A stretch of 64,000 nucleotides of DNA from Haliotis rufescens (taxonomy: Eukaryota): positions 81,344,001-81,408,000 of the forward strand of contig NW_025963779.1 of the NCBI RefSeq assembly GCF_023055435.1, in the 5' to 3' direction. Positions 1 through 12,038 of this stretch are shown piece by piece. A program made the translations under genes and the position numbers. How positions within the stretch are numbered: the first letter of the stretch is position 1; the number at the start of each line of letters is the position of its first letter. Under the pieces are notes generated by a model, which was not told where the DNA came from, made no database searches, and saw nothing but the letters and a program-made list of their open reading frames with translations.

Positions 1-304
1 GTAATTTGACAAAGGCTGACTGTAGCGTTAAACAACACTCTCTCATTCACCCACTCATTCGCTCATGCCAGTAAACTAGTATACGCGTTTCACTTTCATT
101 TTGATGATTTATATCTCACTGTTCCGATACAACTCTCTTAATAACATTTTTTTCCTTTTGTAACATAGCCCCAACACTACTATGAATAAAAAACGTAAGA
201 CATTGTTTCAATGATTGTGTTTTATGTGACATATTTCAAACCGGATACAATAAATAATGTACATATTGATGATGCAGATGAATTGTGACTCTGGAGCGAC
301 AACC

Positions 305-843
305 TTAGTAGTAGCCATATCCAATACCTGCAACAAAAAGAAGAGGTTTTTGTTTAAGAATATTTTCCGTACAAAGTCATTTCTACGTCTCGTAATAATT
401 TCTATATTCAATATATCGATAGGTTAGTTATGCTGCATGTGTCCAATGAAGGTGGAAAATAAGTTTGGTGTAATTAGCTTACTTATAATCTGTCAAAGTA
501 TTAGGTATATGTGAGGGTCAATAATATTCTCGGCATGATTGTATTTGCATTTACCTTTTCCGAAACCTCCGATTCCTCCGTACAGTCCTCCTAGTCCGTG
601 GCCTCCGTATAGACCACCCATTCCGTAGCCTCCGTATAGACCACCCATTCCGTAGCCTCCGTACAGTCCTCCCAAACCGTAACCTCCGTACAGACCTCCC
701 ATTCCGAAGCCTCCGTACAGACCACCCATTCCGTAGCCTCCGTACAGACCACCCTTTCCGAAGCCTCCGTGCAGACCATAGCTCACAGGCTCAGCAAAGG
801 CAGCGACAGCCAGACAGGCAACAAGGGCGATAACTTTCATCAT
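305..843 (-). CDS. Secreted Gly/Tyr-rich repeat protein, copy 1 (103 aa; coding exons 843-555 and 327-305)
   Basis: ATG at 843; hydrophobic signal peptide MMKVIALVACLAVAAFA; GGLYGGYG(M/L) nonamers. Donor AAG|GTAAAT at 555/554 and acceptor TTTTTGTTGCAG| at 328/327 give in-frame GIGYGYY then TAA (307-305). Confidence 0.92.
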
Positions 844-1149
844 TTTGGAAGGCTGAAAAGGAGTTTTTCATTCATTATTCAAGTCTGTAAGAAAATCCGT
901 TTCTGTACCAACTTGTGGTCGCTATTCTACACTTTTTTATTTTGTTGCTTTAAGTAGAACTTTATCTGATTTGAAAACTAAAAACACATTTGGAGGATTC
1001 AATCAATATTACAAATAGTAATCAGTAAAAGTTTGAAATAGCATTACAGCAACAACTACTGACTAACACTCATAAAACGGCAACGTAAAATACAGCGTTA
1101 ACAGGGACAGGCTGAATACCCCGTAAAACACAAAACAACTGATACTCAC

Positions 1150-1202
1150 AGAGTGTGTTGATTAGACTGGATCTAAACGTGAAGAGAGGCGACAGCAGTG
1201 AT
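1150..1202 (-). other. Non-coding exon 1 of the Gly/Tyr-rich gene (present in every copy)
   Basis: Donor |GTGAGT at 1149; acceptor CTCCTTTTCAG| at 853/852, 9 nt before the ATG; no upstream ATG in the exon. The 5' end is estimated from TATA spacing. Confidence 0.75.
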
Positions 1203-1226
1203 AGCTAGTGCTTGAAAACAAGACGC

Positions 1227-1233
1227 TTATATA
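1227..1233 (-). promoter_or_regulatory. TATA box (TATATAA) of copy 1; equivalent in all copies, e.g. 43919-43925
   Basis: TATATAAG lies ~31 nt upstream of an initiator-like ATCACT (1202-1197) that precedes the exon-1 donor. Confidence 0.75.
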
Positions 1234-2574
1234 CACCTGTATTCGGTCCACACCCGGAACTGAGTAATTACAAGTATATTATCTAATTCAGCACCAATTT
1301 GCAACACCTTTTAAGAATCATTGCTAACAGAATTCCGTTTCCCTATGCCCCCAGGGACTATGTCCAATGCAATGTATGTGTGTAGGTGCGGGCGAATGAT
1401 TAGGGAAGTAATTACATCACTGACAAATGACCCGTGATGAAATTGCGTCGATATGCGTAGATTCGTGTATAAATACCGATACAGATGAGCATAGCCAGTC
1501 TTTTCCTATGAGTTTTGTGAAAAAACCCAATTCTATCACAATGACCCAGTAACGGGTATTGTTATAATTGTAATAATAAAAGACAGTGTGTAATTCATTT
1601 CACCTCCTAGATGGTTACTCTATAAAGTAATATCTCTTAAAGGAAAGTCTTCCCAAACATACATGGAGAGCAGGTTACCTTCCGAACATGGTGCTTCGAT
1701 CCATTTTACCACCATTCTTTTTCGACATGTGTATGTATAATATACATGGCTTTCCTAAAAGCTTATAACTTTCCCCATTTCTAGGCATCGGTTTGGGATG
1801 GGTCGTTGTTGCTGCGCTGTGGATCCTTATATTTGATATTCATCTCACCTCTGACATTTAAATAAGGATTCGCTGACTTACATCGTATCTGCTCCTAATT
1901 ATAAATTACCTNNNNNNNNNNNNNNNNNNNNNNNNNNNNNNNNNNNNNNNNNNNNNNNNNNNNNNNNNNNNNNNNNNNNNNNNNNNNNNNNNNNNNNNNN
2001 NNNNNNNNNNNNNNNNNNNNNNNNNNNNNNNNNNNNNNNNNNNNNNNNNNNNNNNACATTCTTGAAACTCTTGAACGACAAGGTGTCACCATATACTTTT
2101 GCATAGCCCATTGTATACTTTTATTAAGAACAACATTGACAAACGAACATTCTACTCATAATTTGATTAAGGCATGCAAGCCCTATATATTTCCTATCAA
2201 TTCATTTATTTATACTTCACTATCTGGATGATAACTGCAAATGATAATTATATTTAATGTAATGATGCTCCATGTTACGGTCATGAAGAAAAGTCAGTGC
2301 AGATTTAATGTTCACATTTCAGCAGTGACTCTTCACGCACGCCTCTAGTAACACGGTTAAAAAACCTGTTGAAACAGTTCCTGTTAAAGAACAGATCTCA
2401 ATGTATTTCATATGTAGTGTGATCTACAAATGGAACCTGCATTTCATAGAAAGAAATATATCATTGATTACAATGTAACAACATCGGAGCTCTGAAAGGG
2501 TCTTCCTATATCATTAATACTGAAAAAGAGGAATGTGCAGTGGGGAGTATGGCTAATCAAGGAGTTGTATGTAA

Positions 2575-2932
2575 GGTGAGGTGAGGTGATATGGGGTTTA
2601 ACGTCGCGTCCAAGATTATTGCACTTATATAGCGACGTGCATGCACGTGTATGTGTGTGTGTGGCTGCTTGTACTAGTCCGGACTGATGCCGATTTATAG
2701 TGCTAGCCCACTGAGATACCATGCCGCAGTTTAACATGAATACCCCACTCAGACAGAGTATATTGACTCCGAGCCGACCAGTCCTTGTTTTAGCCCCTTA
2801 ATGCCGAGCGCCAGACAGGGTAACAACAAGTATCATCTTTTAACGTCTTTTGGTATGACGCGGCTGGGGATCGAACCCCGGACCTTCCGCTCTCCGGGCG
2901 GACGCTCTACCATTAGACCACGGAGGCGGTCC
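2575..2932 (-). mobile_element. tRNA-headed SINE with V-domain-like body, one per spacer
   Basis: A box TGGTCTAATGG, B box GGTTCGATCC, body GTCATACCAAAAGACGTTAAAAGATG..CCCTGTCTGGCGCTCGGCATTAAGGG, (CACCT)n tail, 12-bp TSD AGTTGTATGTAA (2563-2574 / 2933-2944). Other copies at about 6490-6847, 10404-10761, 14334-14691, 18281-18638, 22160-22517, 26050-26407, 29961-30318, 33874-34231, 37439-37801, 41354-41711. Confidence 0.88.
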
Positions 2933-3377
2933 AGTTGTATGTAAAGAGCATACGGCAAAGGGATAAATGTAGGATGGTAACTAAAGCTGCGGAATGGCTT
3001 GACTATGCAGCCACGGAATGGTACGACTGTATGGGGGCACATTTCAAACCTTGTGACTGTCCATTCTTGCCATTACCAAAAACCTGTCGAGTCGTTTACT
3101 ACTTTCCCAGGAAAGCTTAATAATAATCCTTACTTTTACAGATGGCATATAGGTTTAGGTGCTTCTCACGTATAAAGAATGCCGACATTTGCATTTTTGT
3201 AAATTTCATCATGGACAGAGAGTGTTGGATACTACAGAAGACTAATGGTAAACATTTGTTTGTGTGTTACCGAAGGCACACGATCAGGTGGCTATTATAT
3301 ATGAATATGTGACCTTGTTATGGAACATTAATTGCCAACTTCTGTTCTTGTTGTTTTCCAGACTACGTGCTTGTCGC

Positions 3378-3643
3378 TTTGTTTGTTTGTTTGTTTGTTT
3401 GTTTGTTTGTTTGTTTAACGCCGCACTCGACAATATTTCAGCTAAATTACGGCGGTCTGTAAATATTCCAGTCTGGACCAGACAATCCAGTGATTGACAC
3501 TATGAGCATCGATCTATGCAATCGGGATACAATAACATGCATCAACCAAGTCAGCAAGCCTGACCACCCGATCCCGTTAGTCGCCTCTTACAGCAAGCAT
3601 GGGTTGCTGAAGACCTATATTCTAAACCGGATGCTCACGGATC
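3378..3643 (-). mobile_element. Short retroposon with non-tRNA head and (CAAA)n tail, one per spacer
   Basis: Homologous to the dispersed copies at 49885-50155 and 50706-50891; ends in ...GCGGCGTTAAAC(AAAC)n. Confidence 0.8.
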
Positions 3644-3804
3644 CGGGCTGCAGGGACGAGAGTCAACACTGTAAAGTTGATCAATGTCATTGAGGAATAT
3701 ACATATCTGAACCTCCATATTGCATACAAACAACTTTCACGTGCGAATGAATGACACTTTTTTAGAATCCTACGCTATTTCTGTCAATAACAGGTACTCG
3801 GTGC

Positions 3805-3978
3805 CACATGCTTGTCGTAAGAGCTGACTTATGAAGGCGACCAGATGTTTATTGTGTGTGACCTGACTGATTGTGCGTCACCGTGCCGCATGGTTTTGTG
3901 CCTCTGCCATGGTGTAATTTGACAAAGGCTGACTGTAGCGTTAAACAACACTCTCTCATTCACCCACTCATTCGCTCA
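3805..3978 (+). mobile_element. Old decayed retroposon remnant in each unit
   Basis: Contains CATGCTTGTCGTAAGAG, shared with the head of the 3378-3643 family, and ends in GCGTTAAACAACACTCTCTCATTCACCCACTCA, resembling the shared SINE tail. Confidence 0.5.
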
Positions 3979-4217
3979 TGCCAGTAAACTAGTATACGCG
4001 TTTCACTTTCATTTTGATGATTTATATCTCACTGTTCCGATACAACTCTCTTAATAACATTTTTTTCCTTTTGTAACCTAGCCCCAACACTACTATGAAT
4101 AAAAAACGTAAGACATTGTTTCAATGATTGTGTTTTATGTGACATATTTCAAACCGGATACAATAAATAATGTACATATTGATGATGCAGATGAATTGTG
4201 ACTCTGGAGCGACAACC

Positions 4218-4756
4218 TTAGTAGTAGCCATATCCAATACCTGCAACAAAAAGAAGAGGTTTTTGTTTAAGAATATTTTCCGTACAAAGTCATTTCTACG
4301 TCTCGTAATAATTTCTATATTCAATATATCGATAGGTTAGTTATGCTGCATGTGTCCAATGAAGGTGGAAAATAAGTTTGGTGTCATTAACTAACTTATA
4401 ATCTGTCAAAGTATTAGGTATATGTGAGGGTCAATAATATTCTCGGCATGATTGTATTTGCATTTACCTTTTCCGAAACCTCCGATTCCTCCGTACAGTC
4501 CTCCTAGTCCGTGGCCTCCGTATAGACCACCCATTCCGTAGCCTCCGTATAGACCACCCATTCCGTAGCCTCCGTACAGTCCTCCCAAACCGTAACCTCC
4601 GTACAGACCTCCCATTCCGAAGCCTCCGTACAGACCACCCATTCCGTAGCCTCCGTACAGACCACCCTTTCCGAAGCCTCCGTGCAGACCATAGCTCACA
4701 GGCTCAGCAAAGGCAGCGACAGCCAGACAGGCAACAAGGGCGATAACTTTCATCAT
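4218..4756 (-). CDS. Secreted Gly/Tyr-rich repeat protein, copy 2 (spliced, 103 aa)
   Basis: Same translation and splice sites as copy 1 (offset 3913). Confidence 0.92.
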
Positions 4757-7700
4757 TTTGGAAGGCTGAAAAGGAGTTTTTCATTCATTATTCAAGTCTG
4801 TAAGAAAATCCGTTTCTGTACCAACTTGTGGTCGCTATTCTACACTTTTTTATTTTGTTGCTTTAAGTAGAACTTTATCTGATTTGAAAACTAAAAACAC
4901 ATTTGGAGGATTCAATCAATATTACAAATAGTAATCAGTAAAAGTTTGAAATAGCATTACAGCAACAACTACTGACTAACACTCATAAAACGGCAACGTA
5001 AAATACAGCGTTAACAGCGACAGGCTGAATACCCCGTAAAACACAAAACAACTGATACTCACAGGGTGTGTTGATTAGACTGGATCTAAACGTGAAGAGA
5101 GGCGACAGCAGTGATAGCTAGTGCTTGAAAACAAGACGCTTATATACACCTCTATTCGGTCCACACCCGGAAATGAGTAATTACAAGTATATTATCTAAT
5201 TCAGCACCAATTTGCAACACCTTTTAAGAATCATTGCTAACAGAATTCCGTTTCCCTATGCCCCCAGGGACTATGTCCAATGCAATGTATGTGTGTAGGT
5301 GCGGGCGAATGATTAGGGAAGTAATTACATCACTGACAAATGACCCGTGATGAAATTGCGTCGATATGCGTAGATTCGTGTATAAATACCGATACAGATG
5401 AGCATAGCCAGTCTTTTCCTATGTGGTCTGTGAAAAAAACCAATTCTATCACAATGACCCAGTAACGGGTATTGTTATAATTGTAATAATAAAAGACAGT
5501 GTGTAATTCATTTCACCTCCTAGATGGTTACTCTATAAAGTAATATCTCTTAAAGGAAAGTCTTCCCAAACATACATGGAGAGCAGGTTACCTTCCGAAC
5601 ATGGTGCTTCGATCCATTTTACCACCATTCTTTTTCGACATGTGTATGTATAATATACATGGCTTTCCTAAAAGCTTATAACTTTCCCCATTTCTAGGCA
5701 TCGGTTTGGGATGGGTCGTTGTTGCTGCGCTGTGGATCCTTATATTTGATATTCATCTCATCTCTGACATTTAAATAAGGATTCGCTGACTTACATCGTA
5801 TCTGCTCCTAATCATAAATTACTNNNNNNNNNNNNNNNNNNNNNNNNNNNNNNNNNNNNNNNNNNNNNNNNNNNNNNNNNNNNNNNNNNNNNNNNNNNNN
5901 NNNNNNNNNNNNNNNNNNNNNNNNNNNNNNNNNNNNNNNNNNNNNNNNNNNNNNNNNNNNNNNNNNNNNNACATTCTTGAAACTCTTGAACGACAAGGTG
6001 TCACCATATACTTTTGCATAGCCCATGGTATACTTTTATTAAGAACAACATTGACAAACGAACATTCTACTCATAATTTGATTAAGGCATGCAAGCCCTA
6101 TATATTTCCTATCAATTCATTTATTTATACTTCACTATCTGGATGATAACTGCAACTGATAATTATATTTAATGTAATGATGCTCCATGTTACGGTCATG
6201 AAGAAAAGTCAGTGCAGATTTAATGTTCACATTTCAGCAGTGACTCTTCACGCACGCCTCTAGTAACACGGTTAAAAAACCTGTTGAAACAGTTCCTGTT
6301 AAAGAACAGATCTCAATGTATTTCATATGTAGTGTGATCTACAAATGGAACCTGCATTTCATAGAAAGAAATATATCATTGATTACAATGTAACAACATC
6401 GGAGCTCTGAAAGGGTCTTCCTATATCATTAATACTGAAAAAGAGGAATGTGCAGTGGGGAGTATGGCTAATCAAGGAGTTGTATGTAAGGTGAGGTGAG
6501 GTGATATGGGGTTTAACGTCGCGTCCAAGATTATTGCACTTATATAGCGACGTGCATGCACGTGTATGTGTGTGTGTGGCTGCTTGTACTAGTCCGGACT
6601 GATGCCGATTTATAGTGCTAGCCCACTGAGATACCATGCCGCAGTTTAACATGAATACCCCACTCAGACAGAGTATATTGACTCCGAGCCGACCAGTCCT
6701 TGTTTTAGCCCCTTAATGCCGAGCGCCAGACAGGGTAACAACAAGTACCATCTTTTAACGTCTTTTGGTATGACGCGGCTGGGGATCGAACCCCGGACCT
6801 TCCGCTCTCCGGGCGGACGCTCTACCATTAGACCACGGAGGCGGTCCAGTTGTATGTAAAGAGCATACGGCAAAGGGATAAATGTAGGATGGTAACTAAA
6901 GCTGCGGAATGGCTTGACTATGCAGCCACGGAATGGTACGACTGTATGGGGGCACATTTCAAAGCTTGTGACTGTCCATTCTTGCCATTACCAAAAACCT
7001 GTCGAGTCGTTTACTACTTTCCCAAGAAAGCTTAATAATAATCCTTACTTTTACAGATGGCATATAGGTTTAGGTGCTTCTCACGTATAAAGAATGCCGA
7101 CATTTGCATTTTTGTAAATTTCATCATGGACAGAGAGTGTTGGATACTACAGAAGACTAATGGTAAACATTTGTTTGTGTGTTACCGAAGGCACACGATC
7201 AGGTGGCTATTATATATGAATATGTGACCTTGTTATGGAACATTAATTGCCAACTTCTGTTCTTGTTGTTTTCCAGACTACGTGCTTGTCGCTTTGTTTG
7301 TTTGTTTGTTTGTTTGTTTGTTTAACGCCGCACTCGACAATATTTCAGCTAAATTACGGCGGTCTGTAAATATTCCAGTCTGGACCAGACAATCCAGTGA
7401 TTGACACTATGAGCATCGATCTATGCAATCGGGATACAATAACATGCATCAACCAAGTCAGCAAGCCTGACCACCCGATCCCGTTAGTCGCCTCTTACAG
7501 CAAGCATGGGTTGCTGAAGACCTATATTCTAAACCGGATGCTCACGGATCCGGGCTGCAGGGACGAGAGTCAACACTGTAAAGTTGATCAATGTCATTGA
7601 GGAATATACATATCTGAACCTCCATATTGCATACAAACAACTTTCACGTGCGAATGAATGACACTTTTTTAGAATCCTACGCTATTTCTGTCAATAACAG

Positions 7701-8124
7701 GTACTCGGTGCCACATGCTTGTCGTAAGAGCTGACTTATGAAGGCGACCAGATGTTTATTGTGTGTGACCTGACTGATTGTGCGTCACCGTGCCGCATGG
7801 TTTTGTGCCTCTGCCATGGTGTAATTTGACAAAGGCTGACTGTAGCGTTAAACAACACTCTCTCATTCACCCACTCATTCGCTCATGCCAGTAAACTAGT
7901 ATACGCGTTTCTCTTTCATTTTGATGATTTATATCTCACTGTTCCGATACAACTCTCTTAATAACATTTTTTTCCTTTTGTAACCTAGCCCCAACACTAC
8001 TATGAATAAAAAACGTAAGACATTGTTTCAATGATTGTGTTTTATGTGACATATTTCAAACCGGATACAATAAATAATGTACATATTGATGATGCAGATG
8101 AATTGTGACACTGGAGCGACAACC

Positions 8125-8663
8125 TTAGTAGTAGCCATATCCAATACCTGCAACAAAAAGAAGAGGTTTTTGTTTAAGAATATTTTCCGTACAAAGTCAT
8201 TTCTACGTCTCGTAATAATTTCTATATTCAATATATCGATAGGTTAGTTATGCTGCATGTGTCCAATGAAGGTGCAAAATAAGTTTGGTGTAATTAGCTT
8301 ACTTATAATCTGTCAAAGTATTAGGTATATGTGAGGGTCAATAATATTCTCGGCATGATTGTATTTGCATTTACCTTTTCCGAAACCTCCGATTCCTCCG
8401 TACAGTCCTCCTAGTCCGTGGCCTCCGTATAGACCACCCATTCCGTAGCCTCCGTATAGACCACCCATTCCGTAGCCTCCGTACAGTCCTCCCAAACCGT
8501 AACCTCCGTACAGACCTCCCATTCCGAAGCCTCCGTACAGACCACCCATTCCGTAGCCTCCGTACAGACCACCCTTTCCGAAGCCTCCGTGCAGACCATA
8601 GCTCACAGGCTCAGCAAAGGCAGCGACAGCCAGACAGGCAACAAGGGCGATAACTTTCATCAT
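8125..8663 (-). CDS. Secreted Gly/Tyr-rich repeat protein, copy 3 (spliced, 103 aa)
   Basis: Same translation and splice sites (offset 7820). Confidence 0.92.
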
Positions 8664-11600
8664 TTTGGAAGGCTGAAAAGGAGTTTTTCATTCATTATTC
8701 AAGTCTGTAAGAAAATCCGTTTCTGTACCAACTTGTGGTCGCTATTCTACACTTTTTTATTTTGTTGCTTTAAGTAGAACTTTATCTGATTTGAAAACTA
8801 AAAACACATTTGGAGGATTCAATCAATATTACAAATAGTAATCAGTAAAAGTTTGAAATAGCATTACAGCAACAACTACTGACTAACACTCATAAAACGG
8901 CAACGTAAAATACAGCGTTAACAGCGACAGGCTGAATACCCCGTAAAACACAAAACAACTGATACTCACAGAGTGTGTTGATTAGACTGGATCTAAACGT
9001 GAAGAGAGGCGACAGCAGTGATAGCTAGTGCTTGAAAACAAGACGCTTATATACACCTGTATTCGGTCCACACCCGGAACTGACTAATTATAAGTATATT
9101 ATCTAATTCAGCACCAATTTGCAACACCTTTTAAGAATCATTGCTAACAGAATTCCGTTTCCCTATGCCCCCAGGGACTATGTCCAATGCAATGTATGTG
9201 TGTAGGTGCGAGCGAATGATTAGGGAAGTAATTACATCACTGACAAATGACCCGTGATGAAATTGCGTCGATATGCGTAGATTCGTGTATAAATACCGAT
9301 ACAGATGAGCATAGCCAGTCTTTTCCTATGTGGTCTGTGAAAAAACCCCAATTCTATCACAATGACCCAGTAACGGGTATTGTTATAATTGTAATAATAA
9401 AAGACAGTGTGTAATTCATTTCACCTCCTAGATGGTTACTCTATAAAGTAATATCTCTTAAAGGAAAGTCTTCCCAAACATACATGGAGAGCAGGTTACC
9501 TTCCGAACATGGTGCTTCGATCCATTTTACCACCATTCATTTTCGACATGTGTATGTATAATATACATGGCTTTCCTAAAAGCTTATAACTTTCCCCATT
9601 TCTAGGCATCGGTTTGGGATGGGTCGTTGTTGCTGCGCTGTGGATCCTTATATTTGATATTCATCTCACCTCTGACATTTAAATAAGGATTCGCTGACTT
9701 ACATCGTATCTGCTCCTAATCATAAATTACTTNNNNNNNNNNNNNNNNNNNNNNNNNNNNNNNNNNNNNNNNNNNNNNNNNNNNNNNNNNNNNNNNNNNN
9801 NNNNNNNNNNNNNNNNNNNNNNNNNNNNNNNNNNNNNNNNNNNNNNNNNNNNNNNNNNNNNNNNNNNNNNNNNNNNNNNNNNNNACATTCTTGAAACTCT
9901 TGAACGACAAGGTGTCACCATATACTTTTGCATAGCCCATGGTATACTTTTATTAAGAACAACATTGACAAACGAACATTCTACTCATAATTTGATTAAG
10001 GCATGCAAGCCCTATATATTTCCTATCAATTCATTTATTTATACTTCACTATCTGGATGATAACTGCAAATGATAATTATATTTAATGTAATGATGCTCC
10101 ATGTTACGGTCATGAAGAAAAGTCAGTGCAGATTTAATGTTCACATTTCAGCAGTGACTCTTCACGCACGCCTCTAGTAACACGGTTAAAAAACCTGTTG
10201 AAACAGTTCCTGTTAAAGAACAGATCTCAATGTATTTCATATGTAGTGTGATCTACAAATGGAACCTGCATTTCATAGAAAGAAATATATCATTGATTAC
10301 AATGTAACAACATCGGAGCTCTGAAAGGGTCTTCCTATATCATTAATACTGAAAAAGAGGAATGTGCAGTGGGGAGTATGGCTAATCAAGGAGTTGTATG
10401 TAAGGTGAGGTGAGGTGATATGGGGTTTAACGTCGCGTCCAAGATTATTGCACTTATATAGCGACGTGCATGCACGTGTATGTGTGTGTGTGGCTGCTTG
10501 TACTAGTCCGGACTGATGCCGATTTATAGTGCTAGCCCACTGAGATACCATGCCGCAGTTTAACATGAATACCCCTCTCAGACAGAGTATATTGACTCCG
10601 AGCCGACCAGTCCTTGTTTTAGCCCCTTAATGCCGAGCGCCAGACAGGGTAACAACAAGTATCATCTTTTAACGTCTTTTGGTATGACGCGGCTGGGGAT
10701 CGAACCCCGGACCTTCCGCTCTCCGGGCGGACGCTCTACCATTAGACCACGGAGGCGGTCCAGTTGTATGTAAAGAGCATACGGCAAAGGGATAAATGTA
10801 GGATGGTAACTAAAGCTGCGGAATGGCTTGACTATGCAGCCACGGAATGGTACGACTGTATGGGGGCACATTTCAAACCTTGTGACTGTCCATTCTTGCC
10901 ATTACCAAAAACCTGTCGAGTCGTTTACTACTTTCCCAAGAAAGCTTAATAATAATCCTTACTTTTACAGATGGCATATAGGTTTAGGTGCTTCTCACGT
11001 ATAAAGAATGCCGACATTTGCATTTTTGTAAATTTCATCATGGACAGAGAGTGTTGGATACTACAGAAGACTAATGGTAAACATTTGTTTGTGTGTTACC
11101 GAAGGCACACGATCAGGTGGCTATTATATATGAATATGTGACCTTGTTATGGAACATTAATTGCCAACTTCTGTTCTTGTTGTTTTCCAGACTACGTGCT
11201 TGTCGCTTTGTTTGTTTGTTTGTTTGTTTGTTTGTTTAACGCCGCACTCGACAATATTTCAGCTAAATTACGGCGGTCTGTAAATATTCCAGTCTGGACC
11301 AGACAATCCAGTGATTGACACTATGAGCATCGATCTATGCAATCGGGATACAATAACATGCATCAACCAAGTCAGCAAGCCTGACCACCCGATCCCGTTG
11401 GTCGCCTCTTACAGCAAGCATGGGTTGCTGAAGACCTATATTCTAAACCGGATGCTCACGGATCCGGGCTGCAGGGACGAAAGTCAACACTGTAAAGTTG
11501 ATCAATGTCATTGAGGAATATACATATCTGAACCTCCATATTGCATACAAACAACTTTCACGTGCGAATGAATGACACTTTTTTAGAATCCTACGCTATT

Positions 11601-12038
11601 TCTGTCAATAACAGGTACTCGGTGCCACATGCTTGTCGTAAGAGCTGACTTATGAAGGCGACCAGATGTTTATTGTGTGTGACCTGACTGATTGTGCGTC
11701 ACCGTGCCGCATGGTTTTGTGCCTCTGCCATGGTGTAATTTGACAAAGGCTGACTGTAGCGTTAAACAACACTCTCTCATTCACCCACTCATTCGCTCAT
11801 GCCAGTAAACTAGTATACGCGTTTCTCTTTCATTTTGATGATTTATATCTCACTGTTCCGATACAACTCTCTTAATAACATTTTTTTCCTTTTGTAACCT
11901 AGCCCCAACACTACTATGAATAAAAAACGTAAGACATTGTTTCAATGATTGTGTTTTATGTGACATATTTCAAACCGGATACAATAAATAATGTACATAT
12001 TGATGATGCAGATGAATTGTGACACTGGAGCGACAACC

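Noticed and set aside
493-554. ORF-track C-terminus GKCKYNHAENIIDPHIYLIL of the 116-aa ORF
   Set aside because: It is read-through into intron 2. Composition changes abruptly at a GT donor, and a downstream acceptor restores a Gly/Tyr-rich end.
591-957. 62-aa ORFs (VVCTEATEW repeats; MQTIAHRL...)
   Set aside because: Alternate-frame or antisense shadows of the real coding exon; they recur only because the unit is repeated.
2855-2931. tRNA-like sequences (also 44621, 47500-47608, 53233, 54380-54490)
   Set aside because: They are SINE heads: followed by a body and simple-repeat tail, flanked by TSDs where intact, with no clean cloverleaf or terminator.
3142-3400. Possible + strand exon pair (acceptor TTTTACAG at 3141, open frame MAYRFRCF..., donor at 3248, strong acceptor at 3361)
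   Set aside because: No recognisable product. The second exon runs straight into a retroposon tail, and spacers 6, 10 and 11 carry a TAC to TAA change in that frame. At most a relic; RNA-seq would settle it.
2468-3693. Short spacer ORFs (89, 69, 61, 77 and 67 aa) repeated in each unit
   Set aside because: They overlap SINE or microsatellite sequence, mostly rely on non-ATG starts, and are altered by indels in some units.
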